Below the pieces are notes generated by a model. The model was given only the letters and a program-made list of their open reading frames with translations. It did not search any database and was not told where the DNA came from. Both the position numbers and the translations under genes were made by a program. From assembly GCA_964444175.1 (NCBI GenBank), contig CAYUFI010000005.1:1-49363 (forward strand): a DNA stretch of 49,363 nt. The letters are read 5' to 3'. The stretch is from an uncultured Clostridiaceae bacterium. GTDB lineage: Bacteria; Bacillota_I; Bacilli_A; RFN20; CAG-288. Every line of letters starts with the position of its first letter. The first letter of the stretch is position 1. This document shows, piece by piece, positions 27,343 through 37,301 of this stretch.

Positions 27343-29274
27343 ATGCGCGACCTGGATTATCTGAAACTCCTGGCCTTGTCCTATCCGAACAGGGAGAAGG
27401 CCTCGGCGGAAATCATCAATCTCCGTTCGATCCTGTCTCTTCCCAAGGGCACGGAATATTTCTTTTCGGACGTCCACGGGGAGTACGAGGCGTTCTCGTA
27501 TCTGATGCGTTCGGCGTCCGGGGTCATCTACGAGAAGATGAAGAGGGCTTTGCCGGACGTCCCGGCGAAGGAACTGAAGAAACTGGCCCAGCTCATCTAT
27601 TATCCGGAAGAACAGGTCAAGCTTTTCGAAACGCAGAAGAAAACTCCTTCCTTCTATAAATCCGCGATCGAGGACCTCGTGAAGGTCGCTTCGTTCGTCT
27701 CGTCGAAATATTCCCGTTCGAAAGTGCATAAGAAGATGCCTTCTTCGTACGCCTACGTCCTCGACGAACTGATTCATACGAACGATACAGACCTGAACAA
27801 GAAGAAATACCACGAACAGATTCTGGACGGAATTTTGGAAGTCGGGCAGGAGAAACAGATCCTGATCGCTCTTGCCCATCTGATCCAGTCCTGCGCCCTC
27901 GACCGGGTCCATCTTGTCGGGGACATCTTCGACAGAGGTCCCCGCGCGGATAAGATCATGGACGAACTGATGCAGTATAAGGACATCGACATACAGTGGG
28001 GTAACCACGACATGAACTGGATCGGGGCGAGCATGGGGAATCTGACCTGCATCGCGAACGTCCTGCACATCGCGACCCTCTACAATTCCTTCGACGTGCT
28101 CGAGTCTGGGTATTCAATCAATCTTCGCGCGCTTTCGATGTACGCCGAGACGCTCTATAAGGACGATCCGTGCGAACGCTTCAAGCCGCATCTATTGGAT
28201 ACGAACGTCTCGGATTCGGTCGATCCGAAACTGGCCGCGAAGATGTGCAAGGTCATCACGGTCATCATGTTCAAGCTCGAGGGGGCGCTCATTTCGCGCC
28301 ATCCGGAATACCACCTCGAGCAGCGCCATCTGTTCAGCAAAATCGATCTGAAATCCGGCACGGTCGAAATCCGGGGTAAGACCTATCCCCTGACGGACAG
28401 AAACCTACCGACCTACGACCCGAAGCATCCGTACGAACTGAACCCGGACGAGAGGAACCTGATGGAGAATCTCCGTTATTCCTTCACGCATTCGGAGAAA
28501 CTCAAAAAGCACATCGCCTTCCTTTTCGCGTACGGGGGAATGTACAGAATCTCGAACGGGAATCTGCTCTACCACGCCTGCGTCCCGATGAATCCGGACG
28601 GGACGTTCGAGGAAGTCTCGACCGACCGCGGACCTTTAAAAGGAAAGGAACTCTTCGATTACCTCGATTTCCGCTGCCGGGAAATCTACGAAACGAAGGA
28701 AGAAGACGTTCAAAAGAAAGAGAACCTCACGGATTTCTTCTGGTATCTCTGGTGCGGTCCGAAATCCCCGCTCTTCGGGAAGGACCAGATCACGACGTTC
28801 GAGCGCATCTTCGTCGAGGATCCGTCCCTCTACCACGAGGATTACAATCCGTATTACGCTTTGGCCGAAAAGAAGGAAACCGCTGAGAAGATCCTGAAGG
28901 AATTCGGGCTCGACCCGGAAAAAGGCCACATCGTGAACGGGCACGTCCCGGTCTTGGTGAACAAAGGGGAATCCCCGGTCAAGGCGGAAGGGAAGCTCTT
29001 CAAGATCGACGGAGGGCTCGCCAAATCCTACCGTCCGAAGACCGGAATCGCCGGATACACGCTCATCTCGAATTCGCACTATTACGCCATCGCCGAGCAT
29101 AAGAACTTCGTCAAGGGCGGGGACAACGTCTCGTCCGTCCGCATCGTCGAGCGCTTCAAGGAACGCGTCTACATCAAGGACACGGACACGGGAAAAGAAA
29201 TCGAAAAGAAAATCCAGGATCTGAAGGAACTGATCCTGGCGTACAAGACCGAACTGATCCGGGAGAAATACTGA
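27343..29274 (+). CDS. fbp: Fructose-1,6-bisphosphatase class 3
   Basis: 643 aa from ATG 27343. The length and metallophosphoesterase motifs (FSDVHGE, VGDIFDRG, GNHD, NGHVP) are typical of Firmicute Fbp. Confidence 0.9.
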   Translation: MRDLDYLKLLALSYPNREKASAEIINLRSILSLPKGTEYFFSDVHGEYEAFSYLMRSASGVIYEKMKRALPDVPAKELKKLAQLIYYPEEQVKLFETQKKTPSFYKSAIEDLVKVASFVSSKYSRSKVHKKMPSSYAYVLDELIHTNDTDLNKKKYHEQILDGILEVGQEKQILIALAHLIQSCALDRVHLVGDIFDRGPRADKIMDELMQYKDIDIQWGNHDMNWIGASMGNLTCIANVLHIATLYNSFDVLESGYSINLRALSMYAETLYKDDPCERFKPHLLDTNVSDSVDPKLAAKMCKVITVIMFKLEGALISRHPEYHLEQRHLFSKIDLKSGTVEIRGKTYPLTDRNLPTYDPKHPYELNPDERNLMENLRYSFTHSEKLKKHIAFLFAYGGMYRISNGNLLYHACVPMNPDGTFEEVSTDRGPLKGKELFDYLDFRCREIYETKEEDVQKKENLTDFFWYLWCGPKSPLFGKDQITTFERIFVEDPSLYHEDYNPYYALAEKKETAEKILKEFGLDPEKGHIVNGHVPVLVNKGESPVKAEGKLFKIDGGLAKSYRPKTGIAGYTLISNSHYYAIAEHKNFVKGGDNVSSVRIVERFKERVYIKDTDTGKEIEKKIQDLKELILAYKTELIREKY

Positions 29275-29277
29275 TCC

Positions 29278-29988
29278 TTACTTTTCCTCCGGGTCTTTTT
29301 GGATATAGAACACTTCCGCCGTCCCGTCCACGATGCGGAACTTGATTTCGTATCCGTTGAAGACGAACCCGTACTTCCTTTCGTCGTGCCGGTAGGAAGG
29401 GTGCGGGTCTTCCGAAAGGACCGCTTTGAGTTCCTCGACCTGTTCCTGAGAGAAATCCTTGACGAGTCCGGGCGGGATTTCGACCTTCAGGTGTTTCTTC
29501 TCGACCTCCGAGACGAATCCGCTCTTCGCTTCGGGGACGCTGTCGTATAACGGGATGTACGGCTTGATGTCGTAGATCGGCGTGCCGTCCATCATGTCGA
29601 CTCCGGAGACATAAAGGACCGGCCCGTCCTTCTTATCCATCTCGATCCTTTGGAGTTTCACGATCGAGAGGGCGAGGGGATTCGGACGGTTCGGCGAACG
29701 CGAGGCGAACACGCCGACGCGCTCGTTCCCGCCTAGACGCGGAGGGCGGACGGTCGGAGACCAGGTATCCTCGTCGAATCCGGAGAATCCCCAGATCAGA
29801 TAGAGGTGGGAGAATCCTTCGATCCCTTTTAAGATTCCTTCCTTCCGGAACTCTTTGTTAAAGACGATCTTTCCTTTCAAGGACGAGACGAGCTCGCTCT
29901 GCTTCGGGATGCCGAACTTGGTCTTGAAAGGCGTAGAGATCTTCGCGACCGGACGGATCGTTAGTTCGTCGAAATTGCGTTTGGCCAT
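29278..29988 (-). CDS. trmO: tRNA (m6t6A37) methyltransferase TrmO/TsaA family
   Basis: 236 aa. TsaA beta-barrel motifs (FGIPKQ, SHLYLIWGF, RPPRLGGN.VGVFASRSPNRPNP, GTPIYDIKPY) plus the typical C-terminal extension. Confidence 0.8.
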   Translation of the reverse strand: MAKRNFDELTIRPVAKISTPFKTKFGIPKQSELVSSLKGKIVFNKEFRKEGILKGIEGFSHLYLIWGFSGFDEDTWSPTVRPPRLGGNERVGVFASRSPNRPNPLALSIVKLQRIEMDKKDGPVLYVSGVDMMDGTPIYDIKPYIPLYDSVPEAKSGFVSEVEKKHLKVEIPPGLVKDFSQEQVEELKAVLSEDPHPSYRHDERKYGFVFNGYEIKFRIVDGTAEVFYIQKDPEEK

Positions 29989-30094
29989 ATCTTTTCCTTT
30001 TTCGTATTTACTATACCTTTTTCGCTTTGAAAAAGGGGCGGAGGGACGAAGAAAGACCGCGCGGGGCGGTCTTCGGAACGGATTGAATAAGAAT

Positions 30095-31345
30095 TTACTT
30101 CTTCTTGCGGTCCTGATCCAGATAGATGTGGTGCGGCAGGCCCGAGACGTAGATCGGGGTCAGCTCGGCCTGGATCAGAGGCAAAGCGTAATCGATGAAC
30201 GGCTTCAACATCTTCGTATGTTCCTCGTTCATCCATTCGAGCGGGACTTTCTTTTCGACGTTGGCGACTTCCGAGATCGGGACGAGCTCGGTCGTGCACT
30301 GGTACGGGGCGTTCGAGATTCTCTTCAGAGAGACCATCTCTCCCGAGTGGCCTTCGAAGGCGGCCTTCACCGCGGCTCCGCCGACCTGGTAGGCTTCGGT
30401 GATGTCCGTGCGCGAAGTGAGGTGCCCGGCGCAGCGCTGCAGGGTCGAAAGCTCGATGGCTCTCGTCTTGGTCGGAAGCCTCCGCGCGATTGTGTTCGCT
30501 AAGAACCGCGCCGTCCCGGTCAGGGCCTTATGCCCGAACGCGTCGGTCGCGTGAACGTCGTCGGCGAGTTCGCAGACGTATCTTCCCAAACCGTCCGCCA
30601 GCTTGACGCCTTCGGAGACGGCGATGACGACGGAGGTCTTTTCCTCCTGTATCCTCTGAACCTTCTCGACGAAACGGTCGACGTTGAACGGGACTTCCGG
30701 CAGGCAGATCATGTCGACCCCCTCGCAGTCCTCGCCTTCGGCTAAAGACGCCGCGGCCGTGAGCCAGCCGGCGTTGCGGCCCATGATTTCGACAATTGTG
30801 ACGTACGGGGTTCCGTAGACGGTCGCGTCGCGGATGATTTCCTTCATCGTGACGCCGATGTATTTCGCGGCCGAGCCGTAACCCGGCGTGTGGTCGGTGG
30901 CGCAGAGATCGTTGTCGATGGTCTTCGGGACGCCGATGAAACGGATGTCCGAATCGATGCGGTGTCCGTAGATGGCCAGCTTGTTGATTGTGTCCATGCT
31001 GTCGTTGCCGCCGATGTAGAAGAAGTAGGCGATGTGGAGTTTCTCCAGGAAATCGAAGATCTTCCGGTAGAGCGCCTGTCCTTCCGGATCGTTGAGTTCA
31101 GGCAGCTTGTAACGGCAGGAGCCTAAGAACGAGGACGGAGTTCTCTTCAAAAGCTCCACGTCGAGGGAATTCTTGATGTAGTCCCCGATATCGATGTATT
31201 TCTCCTGCAGCAGGCCCTGGATGCCGTGGCACATGCCGTAGACGTGCTCGCAGCCGCGCTCCTTGGCCGCCTCGTAGACGCCCGCGAGGCTTGAATTGAT
31301 GACCGAAGTAGGACCTCCGGACTGACCGACAATCGCATTCTTCAT
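30095..31345 (-). CDS. 6-phosphofructokinase, long form with a PPi-dependent-type signature
   Basis: 416 aa from ATG 31345 (AGGAGG 11 nt upstream; the TTG at 31354 is too close to the RBS). Motifs GQSGGPTSVIN, IGGNDS and PKTIDND. Confidence 0.88.
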   Translation of the reverse strand: MKNAIVGQSGGPTSVINSSLAGVYEAAKERGCEHVYGMCHGIQGLLQEKYIDIGDYIKNSLDVELLKRTPSSFLGSCRYKLPELNDPEGQALYRKIFDFLEKLHIAYFFYIGGNDSMDTINKLAIYGHRIDSDIRFIGVPKTIDNDLCATDHTPGYGSAAKYIGVTMKEIIRDATVYGTPYVTIVEIMGRNAGWLTAAASLAEGEDCEGVDMICLPEVPFNVDRFVEKVQRIQEEKTSVVIAVSEGVKLADGLGRYVCELADDVHATDAFGHKALTGTARFLANTIARRLPTKTRAIELSTLQRCAGHLTSRTDITEAYQVGGAAVKAAFEGHSGEMVSLKRISNAPYQCTTELVPISEVANVEKKVPLEWMNEEHTKMLKPFIDYALPLIQAELTPIYVSGLPHHIYLDQDRKKK

Positions 31346-31722
31346 ATGGAACAATTCCTCCTGATTCTTGAAACGAAAACGGTGTTCTGATTTTTGATAG
31401 ACAGCTTACTTTCATTCTACTCTTTCAGAAAGGGCGGTGTTTGTGTTTGGAACATAGAAAAGAAGAATCGCAAAGGAAAAGAAAAAAGAGGAAAGGAGAA
31501 GCCTCAAAAACTTATGAAACTTTACGGATGCGAAAGCTTTTCTTACTGAAAGGAGTCAAAAAAATCCGAAGTTCATCCTATGTACGAGTGTCATTATCAG
31601 GTCATTTGTATCCACCTCTATTTGGGGTTGATCAGTAACCCTCTCCATGGAAGATGCAATCAAGATACGTATTTGGGTCGGCCGGAACGTTTCGGCTCCG
31701 GTTCCGGCATTCTCTTTTCGGT

Positions 31723-31869
31723 TTAGACAATGTTCCACAGGTCTTCGGCGAACACGGCAACCCGCTTTCCCGACCTCGTGACGTAGATGTCGATCGTCGT
31801 CTTCGGAGGAATCACGGCCAGTGCACCGTCGTCGTCAACCAGCTTGTATTTTTTGCCTTCCAGATGGAA
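31723..31869 (-). pseudogene. Orphan 3' fragment (48 codons) of an unidentified host-like gene
   Basis: GC3-rich frame FHLEGKKYKLVDDDGALAVIPPKTTIDIYVTRSGKRVAVFAEDLWNIV*. It has no start codon and abuts the transposase fragment in a +1 frame. Confidence 0.3.
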
Positions 31870-32194
31870 GGAGGTGGAACCTCTCCTTCGGAATCTGTAT
31901 CGAGAAGTCTCCGGAGGCGGTCTGAATCTTCCTTGAACAGTATCCGTTTCTGGAGGTGTCCTTGCCTTCGAGCGAAGCTTCTTCTAGCATTGAGAAGAAC
32001 TCCTCGGATACGGTCCTCTCGACCATCACCTGGAAGGCTTCTTTCATCCTGTTCCCGAGGTACTCCGCGAAATTCTGTGCCGAAGAGAGACTCCCCGATG
32101 GTGCCAGGCATTCCCGTATGAATCCGGCCATGACCTAAGGGTCGTTGTTGATGATCGCCTTCAGTTCCTCGTCGCCAAGCTGGGCATTTTGTCT
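31835..32194 (-). mobile_element. IS256/Mutator-family transposase N-terminal fragment (pseudogene)
   Basis: The frame reads ..LGDEELKAIINNDP*VMAGFIRE...SRNGYCSRKIQTASGDFSIQIPKER. This matches the NGY..R...T..G.I.L.IPR.R hallmark of IS256-type transposases. There is an in-frame TAG (32135-32137), and the frame is lost after IPKER. The catalytic DDE region is absent. Confidence 0.6.
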
Positions 32195-32200
32195 TATACC

Positions 32201-32430
32201 CCGACTTTGCCACTTCCTAAACAAGAAAATCTCAGAAAACGCCGAAGGTAAGGCATTTCCTGAGATTCTCTTCCATAATTGCGTTCAGGGTCTGTAGGTC
32301 CTTAACTTTGTGCTCCCGACTTTGCCACTTGCTAAATAAGAAAATCTCAGAAAACGCCGAAGGTAAGGCATTTCCTGAGATTCTCTTCCATAATTGCGTT
32401 CATGGTCTGTAGGTACTTAACTTTGTGCTC
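32201..32430. repeat. Two tandem 115-bp direct repeats (4 mismatches, no indels), each with an internal long hairpin
   Basis: 32201-32315 versus 32316-32430, aligned by hand. Differences are C/G, C/T, G/T and C/A. Each unit contains aatctcagaaaacgcc-gaaggtaa-ggcatttcctgagatt, which on the minus strand is followed by ttttctt (terminator-like). Confidence 0.9.
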
Positions 32431-32824
32431 CTCCGTAAACATCAATCTTTTTCTTCATCCTGACCATCTCCCCATAACTGTATTGCTTTTTGGGAATCGT
32501 CAGATCATATGCCTGCAGAATCGCTGATAGATCCGGATCATCGAGATCTGCGAACCAGTACGAGTCTTCTCCGACCTGTATCGCTTTCCATTTCTGCAGA
32601 GCCGTCTGTATCCTTTCGCCGGATATACCATAGGTCCAGTCCCGCTTGTCATCCTTTGCAGGCGGGAACTTTTCTTTATATGCCCGCTGGATCAGGCGAA
32701 TCATTACGAGCGCGATCATGCAGATAAGAAGGTGCGCATGAATGTGCTCGGGTTTATGTACGTAGACCGGTCTTGTGTCCAGGGTACATATCAAAATGAT
32801 GTATTCAGAGGCCTTTGTCAGCAA
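32417..32824 (-). mobile_element. C-terminal fragment of an IS4/IS1634-like DDE transposase (pseudogene)
   Basis: 135 codons. TRPVYVHKPEHIHAHLLICMIALVMIRLIQ matches the conserved RPVY....HI.AH...CF.AL tail of DDE_Tnp_1 transposases. The N-terminal two thirds or more are missing, and the last 4 codons lie inside repeat unit 2. Confidence 0.6.
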
Positions 32825-32865
32825 AAGTATAGCTAATTAGGCTGGGAAACCTTTAGTTAATGATT

Positions 32866-33240
32866 CTATTTAAACATATAGAGGAAGAATAGTTTTCCAG
32901 TATAATGTTCATATTCTTTCATGTCTTTGATTTCTACAACACGATTAATCTTATCAATTAAGAGTTTGCCTTCTTTTGACTTCCAGCATTTTCTTGGGGA
33001 ACAGAATACTAATGGACCATTATTTAATTTGCATTGTAGCCATAAATTACCATTGCCAATTCCAAATTCAGCTTCCTTGAATTCACTATAGCTAATTTCA
33101 AATTCTTCATGAGTCTTCTTATTGACGCATTTCATTCTATCGTCTAAGACTGTCACCATATATGAAGTCCATAGTTTTCCTGGTAAATAATTATTAGGTT
33201 GGCCCAAAACTAAAGTAAATTCCTGCTTATATTCCTGCAT
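32866..33240 (-). CDS. AT-rich orphan hypothetical protein
   Basis: 124 aa from ATG 33240 with a strong AGGGAGGAA RBS. Visibly AT-rich codons contrast with every neighbouring gene. I recognise no motif (MQEYKQEFTLVLGQPNNYLPGKLW...). Confidence 0.55.
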   Translation of the reverse strand: MQEYKQEFTLVLGQPNNYLPGKLWTSYMVTVLDDRMKCVNKKTHEEFEISYSEFKEAEFGIGNGNLWLQCKLNNGPLVFCSPRKCWKSKEGKLLIDKINRVVEIKDMKEYEHYTGKLFFLYMFK

Positions 33241-33463
33241 AGTATTCCTCCCTATATTCCATAAGCAAATATAACATAAATAATAAATATACAAAAAATT
33301 GATTTGATTGAAAAAATTATATTTGTTAGTTGAATAACAAATGCAGCAATAATAAAAAACTCGTCAATTTTACTATTCCAATAAAAATGAGATTACTGAA
33401 TCATAAAATGCTGTATGGTTTGTCCCCGTAAGAAGGCTTTCCGACCTTTTTTATTCTCATTGA

Positions 33464-34840
<1,377 letters not shown>

Positions 34841-34873
34841 TCTTCTTAGTAAGAAGATTCCTGACCCATATAG

Positions 34874-34904
34874 AGGAAGTCCCGAACCGGGACTTCCTTT
34901 TTTA
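34874..34904 (+). terminator. Rho-independent terminator of eno
   Basis: 11-bp stem aggaagtcccg / cgggacttcct, 3-nt loop, T-run 34898-34904. Confidence 0.8.
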
Positions 34905-34968
34905 TGTTTATTGTGGAAAGAAACGGAAGATTTCCGGATAATAGAGTATTGGAAAGGAAGAAAAACAT

Positions 34969-35778
34969 ATGTCAACGGCACAAATGATTGTCTTCAGCAT
35001 CGTCATCATTTTCGTCGGGACCGTCCTGGGGTCATCGACGGTGTTCTTCTTTAGAAAACGTCCGGGGGATAAGCTCTACTCGGTCGCCATCGGACTGGCC
35101 GGCGGAATCATGATTGCCGCGGCTTTCTTTGGTTTGCTCAATCCGAGCATCGACGCGGCCAAGGCGGATTATCCTTCTAACCTCGTCTGGCTTCCGCCTT
35201 TAGGAGGATTCCTTTTAGGCGCTCTGCTCCTCTACGGGCTCGACAAAATCGTCCCGCATCTCCACGAAGGGGCTAAGGAAAGCGAAGGTCTGCCCGCGCC
35301 GGGTTTAGGAAAGCACATGAAGTTCTTTCTGGCTGTCACGCTCCACAACATCCCCGAAGGACTCGTGACCGGGTTCTCCTGCGGACTCGCGCTCGCCCAG
35401 ATTCAGGCCGGTCAGGACGCGTCTTCCGCCGCTCTCTCGGCCATGATGCTGGCAATCGGCATCGCCATCCAGAACGCTCCGGAGACCATGGCCATCTCCG
35501 TCCCGCTCTACGCCGACGGGATGAGTAAGCCCAAGGCCTTCCTATACGGGACGCTCTCGGGAGCCGTCGAGCCGGTCCTGGCGGTCGCCGGAATGTATTT
35601 TGCCGCGTATTTAAAAACCGCGCTGAGCTGGTTTCTCGCCTTCGGCGCGGGGGCGATGATCTACGTTACGATCGACGAACTGCTTCCGGAAGCCCACCAG
35701 AAAGGCCTCGAGCATTACGGATTATGGGCCATCATCTTCGGCTTCTCCCTGATGATGCTGATGGAGACGCTTTTATAG
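34969..35778 (+). CDS. zupT: ZIP family divalent metal transporter
   Basis: 269 aa, multi-pass membrane protein. LHNIPEGL and QNAPE motifs are typical of ZupT/GufA. Confidence 0.8.
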   Translation: MSTAQMIVFSIVIIFVGTVLGSSTVFFFRKRPGDKLYSVAIGLAGGIMIAAAFFGLLNPSIDAAKADYPSNLVWLPPLGGFLLGALLLYGLDKIVPHLHEGAKESEGLPAPGLGKHMKFFLAVTLHNIPEGLVTGFSCGLALAQIQAGQDASSAALSAMMLAIGIAIQNAPETMAISVPLYADGMSKPKAFLYGTLSGAVEPVLAVAGMYFAAYLKTALSWFLAFGAGAMIYVTIDELLPEAHQKGLEHYGLWAIIFGFSLMMLMETLL

Positions 35779-36264
35779 ACGGATTTTCATCAGAGAAGAA
35801 ACGATTCCACATAAATACTTTTCGTCCGTCTCCGTAAACGCCCCGAGCGTATCCGAATCGATGTCGAGCACGCCGTAAAGGCTTCCGTCCTCTTCATTCA
35901 TGGGGAGGACGATTTCGGACAAAGTCGAAGAGGCGCAGGCGATGTAATTCGTTAACGTTCTTACGTCCTGAACGCGGAGAGTCTTTCCGGCCGAAGCGAC
36001 CGTTCCGCAGACGCCTTTCCCGTACGGGATGAGGTCGCATCCCGGCTCGCCGACATACGGTCCAAGATAGAGGAGATTCTTCTCTTTTTCCTTCAGATAG
36101 ACGCCGACCCAGTCCATATACGGGAACGAGCGCTTCAGTCCGTTCAGAAGATGCGAAAGGACGGTGATGCGGTGAATAAGAGCCCCGTCCTCCTGTTCTT
36201 CGGCGTACGAATCGGCCTCCTTCAGCAGCAGAGCGTATTTCTCCCCGACATCCGAGCATTCCAT
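35773..36264 (-). CDS. GAF domain protein, free methionine-(R)-sulfoxide reductase-like
   Basis: 163 aa. YLGPY.G...C..IPYGKGVCGT pattern as in YebR/fRMsr-type single-GAF proteins. The 3' end overlaps the ZIP gene by 6 nt (convergent). Confidence 0.7.
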   Translation of the reverse strand: MECSDVGEKYALLLKEADSYAEEQEDGALIHRITVLSHLLNGLKRSFPYMDWVGVYLKEKEKNLLYLGPYVGEPGCDLIPYGKGVCGTVASAGKTLRVQDVRTLTNYIACASSTLSEIVLPMNEEDGSLYGVLDIDSDTLGAFTETDEKYLCGIVSSLMKIRL

Positions 36265-36368
36265 CTTTCCGAGTCTCCTTTCCTTTTATTTTAGATAGTG
36301 CTCTAACATTTGACAATTCTTTTCCGGCGATTCATGATAAGGGCAAGAGAACGGAGGAAAAAAGAAAT

Positions 36369-36479
36369 CATGACCGCATCCACGATCGCTCTCGTCGTCG
36401 TTTCCTGCGTTTCGATCCTCGGCGCCCTCGGCATCCTGATTTATCAGCGCGCCGCTTCGAAAAAAGAAAAGCGCCGGTA
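36369..36479 (+). CDS. Small (36 aa) single-pass membrane peptide
   Basis: ATG 36369 with an ACGGAGGA RBS about 9 nt upstream. MTASTIALVVVSCVSILGALGILIYQRAASKKEKRR has a hydrophobic helix and a basic tail, with GC3-rich codons. It is below the ORF-track size cut-off. Confidence 0.4.
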
Positions 36480-36531
36480 ACATCCTAGATTCACAGGAAC
36501 GTTTCCGGTGCTCTCTTTTTAACCTGAATGG

Positions 36532-37092
36532 TTATTCTTTCGCTTCGACGAGATCCTCGACGTAGACGCAGAACTTCTTCATGTCGTAGGTCGGTTCGAA
36601 CCGGGCGACGACGTTTCCCTTGCGGTCCACGACGAACTTCGTGAAGTTCCACTTGATGTCCGGGCTGGTCTTATAGTCCTTGTTCTCGGACTTGGCGACC
36701 ATGTTCATCATCAGGGCCTTCGCGCCTTTTCCGAATCCGTCGAATCCCTTCTGGGACTTCAGATACCCATAGAGCGGCAGAGCGTGTTCCCCGTTCACGT
36801 CGGACTTTTTCATCTGCGGGAACTGAGTGTGGTATTTTAGCGTGCAGAACTCGTGGATTTCCTGATCGGTTCCCGGAGTCTGGTTGTGGAACTGGTTGCA
36901 CGGGATGTCGATGATCTCGAGTCCTTTGTCGTGCAGGGACTCGTACAGCTTCTCGAGCGGCTCGTAATGCGGGGTGAATCCGCAGCCGGTCGCGGTGTTG
37001 ACGATGATGATCACCTTCCCGCGGAACTGCGATAAGGACAGTTCCTTCCCGTCGGCGGTCGGAACGGAATACGAATAGATTTCTTCGGACAT
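36532..37092 (-). CDS. Glutathione peroxidase (Cys-type)
   Basis: 186 aa from ATG 37092. Motifs VNTATGCGFTPHY, LEIIDIPCNQF and WNFTKF. Confidence 0.9.
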   Translation of the reverse strand: MSEEIYSYSVPTADGKELSLSQFRGKVIIIVNTATGCGFTPHYEPLEKLYESLHDKGLEIIDIPCNQFHNQTPGTDQEIHEFCTLKYHTQFPQMKKSDVNGEHALPLYGYLKSQKGFDGFGKGAKALMMNMVAKSENKDYKTSPDIKWNFTKFVVDRKGNVVARFEPTYDMKKFCVYVEDLVEAKE

Positions 37093-37254
37093 GTTGTTTT
37101 CCCTCTTTTCCGATTGATGGCTCAACCTTTCTTCATAATTCCATTATTGAAGACGGAACGGAGCGGCGCAACCGATTTGCTTAGAAATCGAAAGAGGCCG
37201 TCCCTTCGGGCTTTTTTCTTCTTTCTCTCCTTCGGAATCCTAGTAGAGACCGAC

Positions 37255-37282
37255 CGAAAAACCGCCCTCGGACAAGGGCGGT
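37255..37282 (-). terminator. Terminator of the flavin reductase gene
   Basis: The minus strand reads accgccc-ttgtccga-gggcggt followed by ttttcgg. The plus strand also has a downstream T-run, so it may act in both directions. Confidence 0.6.
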
Positions 37283-37301
37283 CTCTTTCGTTTTTTATCC
37301 G

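Noticed and set aside
31441-31722. Small ORFs (10-65 aa) and a gccggaac/gttccggc hairpin between pfk and the IS debris.
   Set aside because: None has an RBS at proper spacing, the composition is non-protein-like, and the hairpin lacks a T-tract.
32201-32430. Possibility that the 115-bp repeats form a CRISPR array or minisatellite.
   Set aside because: There are only two units, directly abutting with no spacers. The unit length is far above CRISPR repeat size, and there are no cas genes in the window.
36286-36483. 65-aa minus-strand ORF.
   Set aside because: It has no RBS and an odd composition. The plus-strand 36-aa membrane peptide with a good RBS explains the open frame better.
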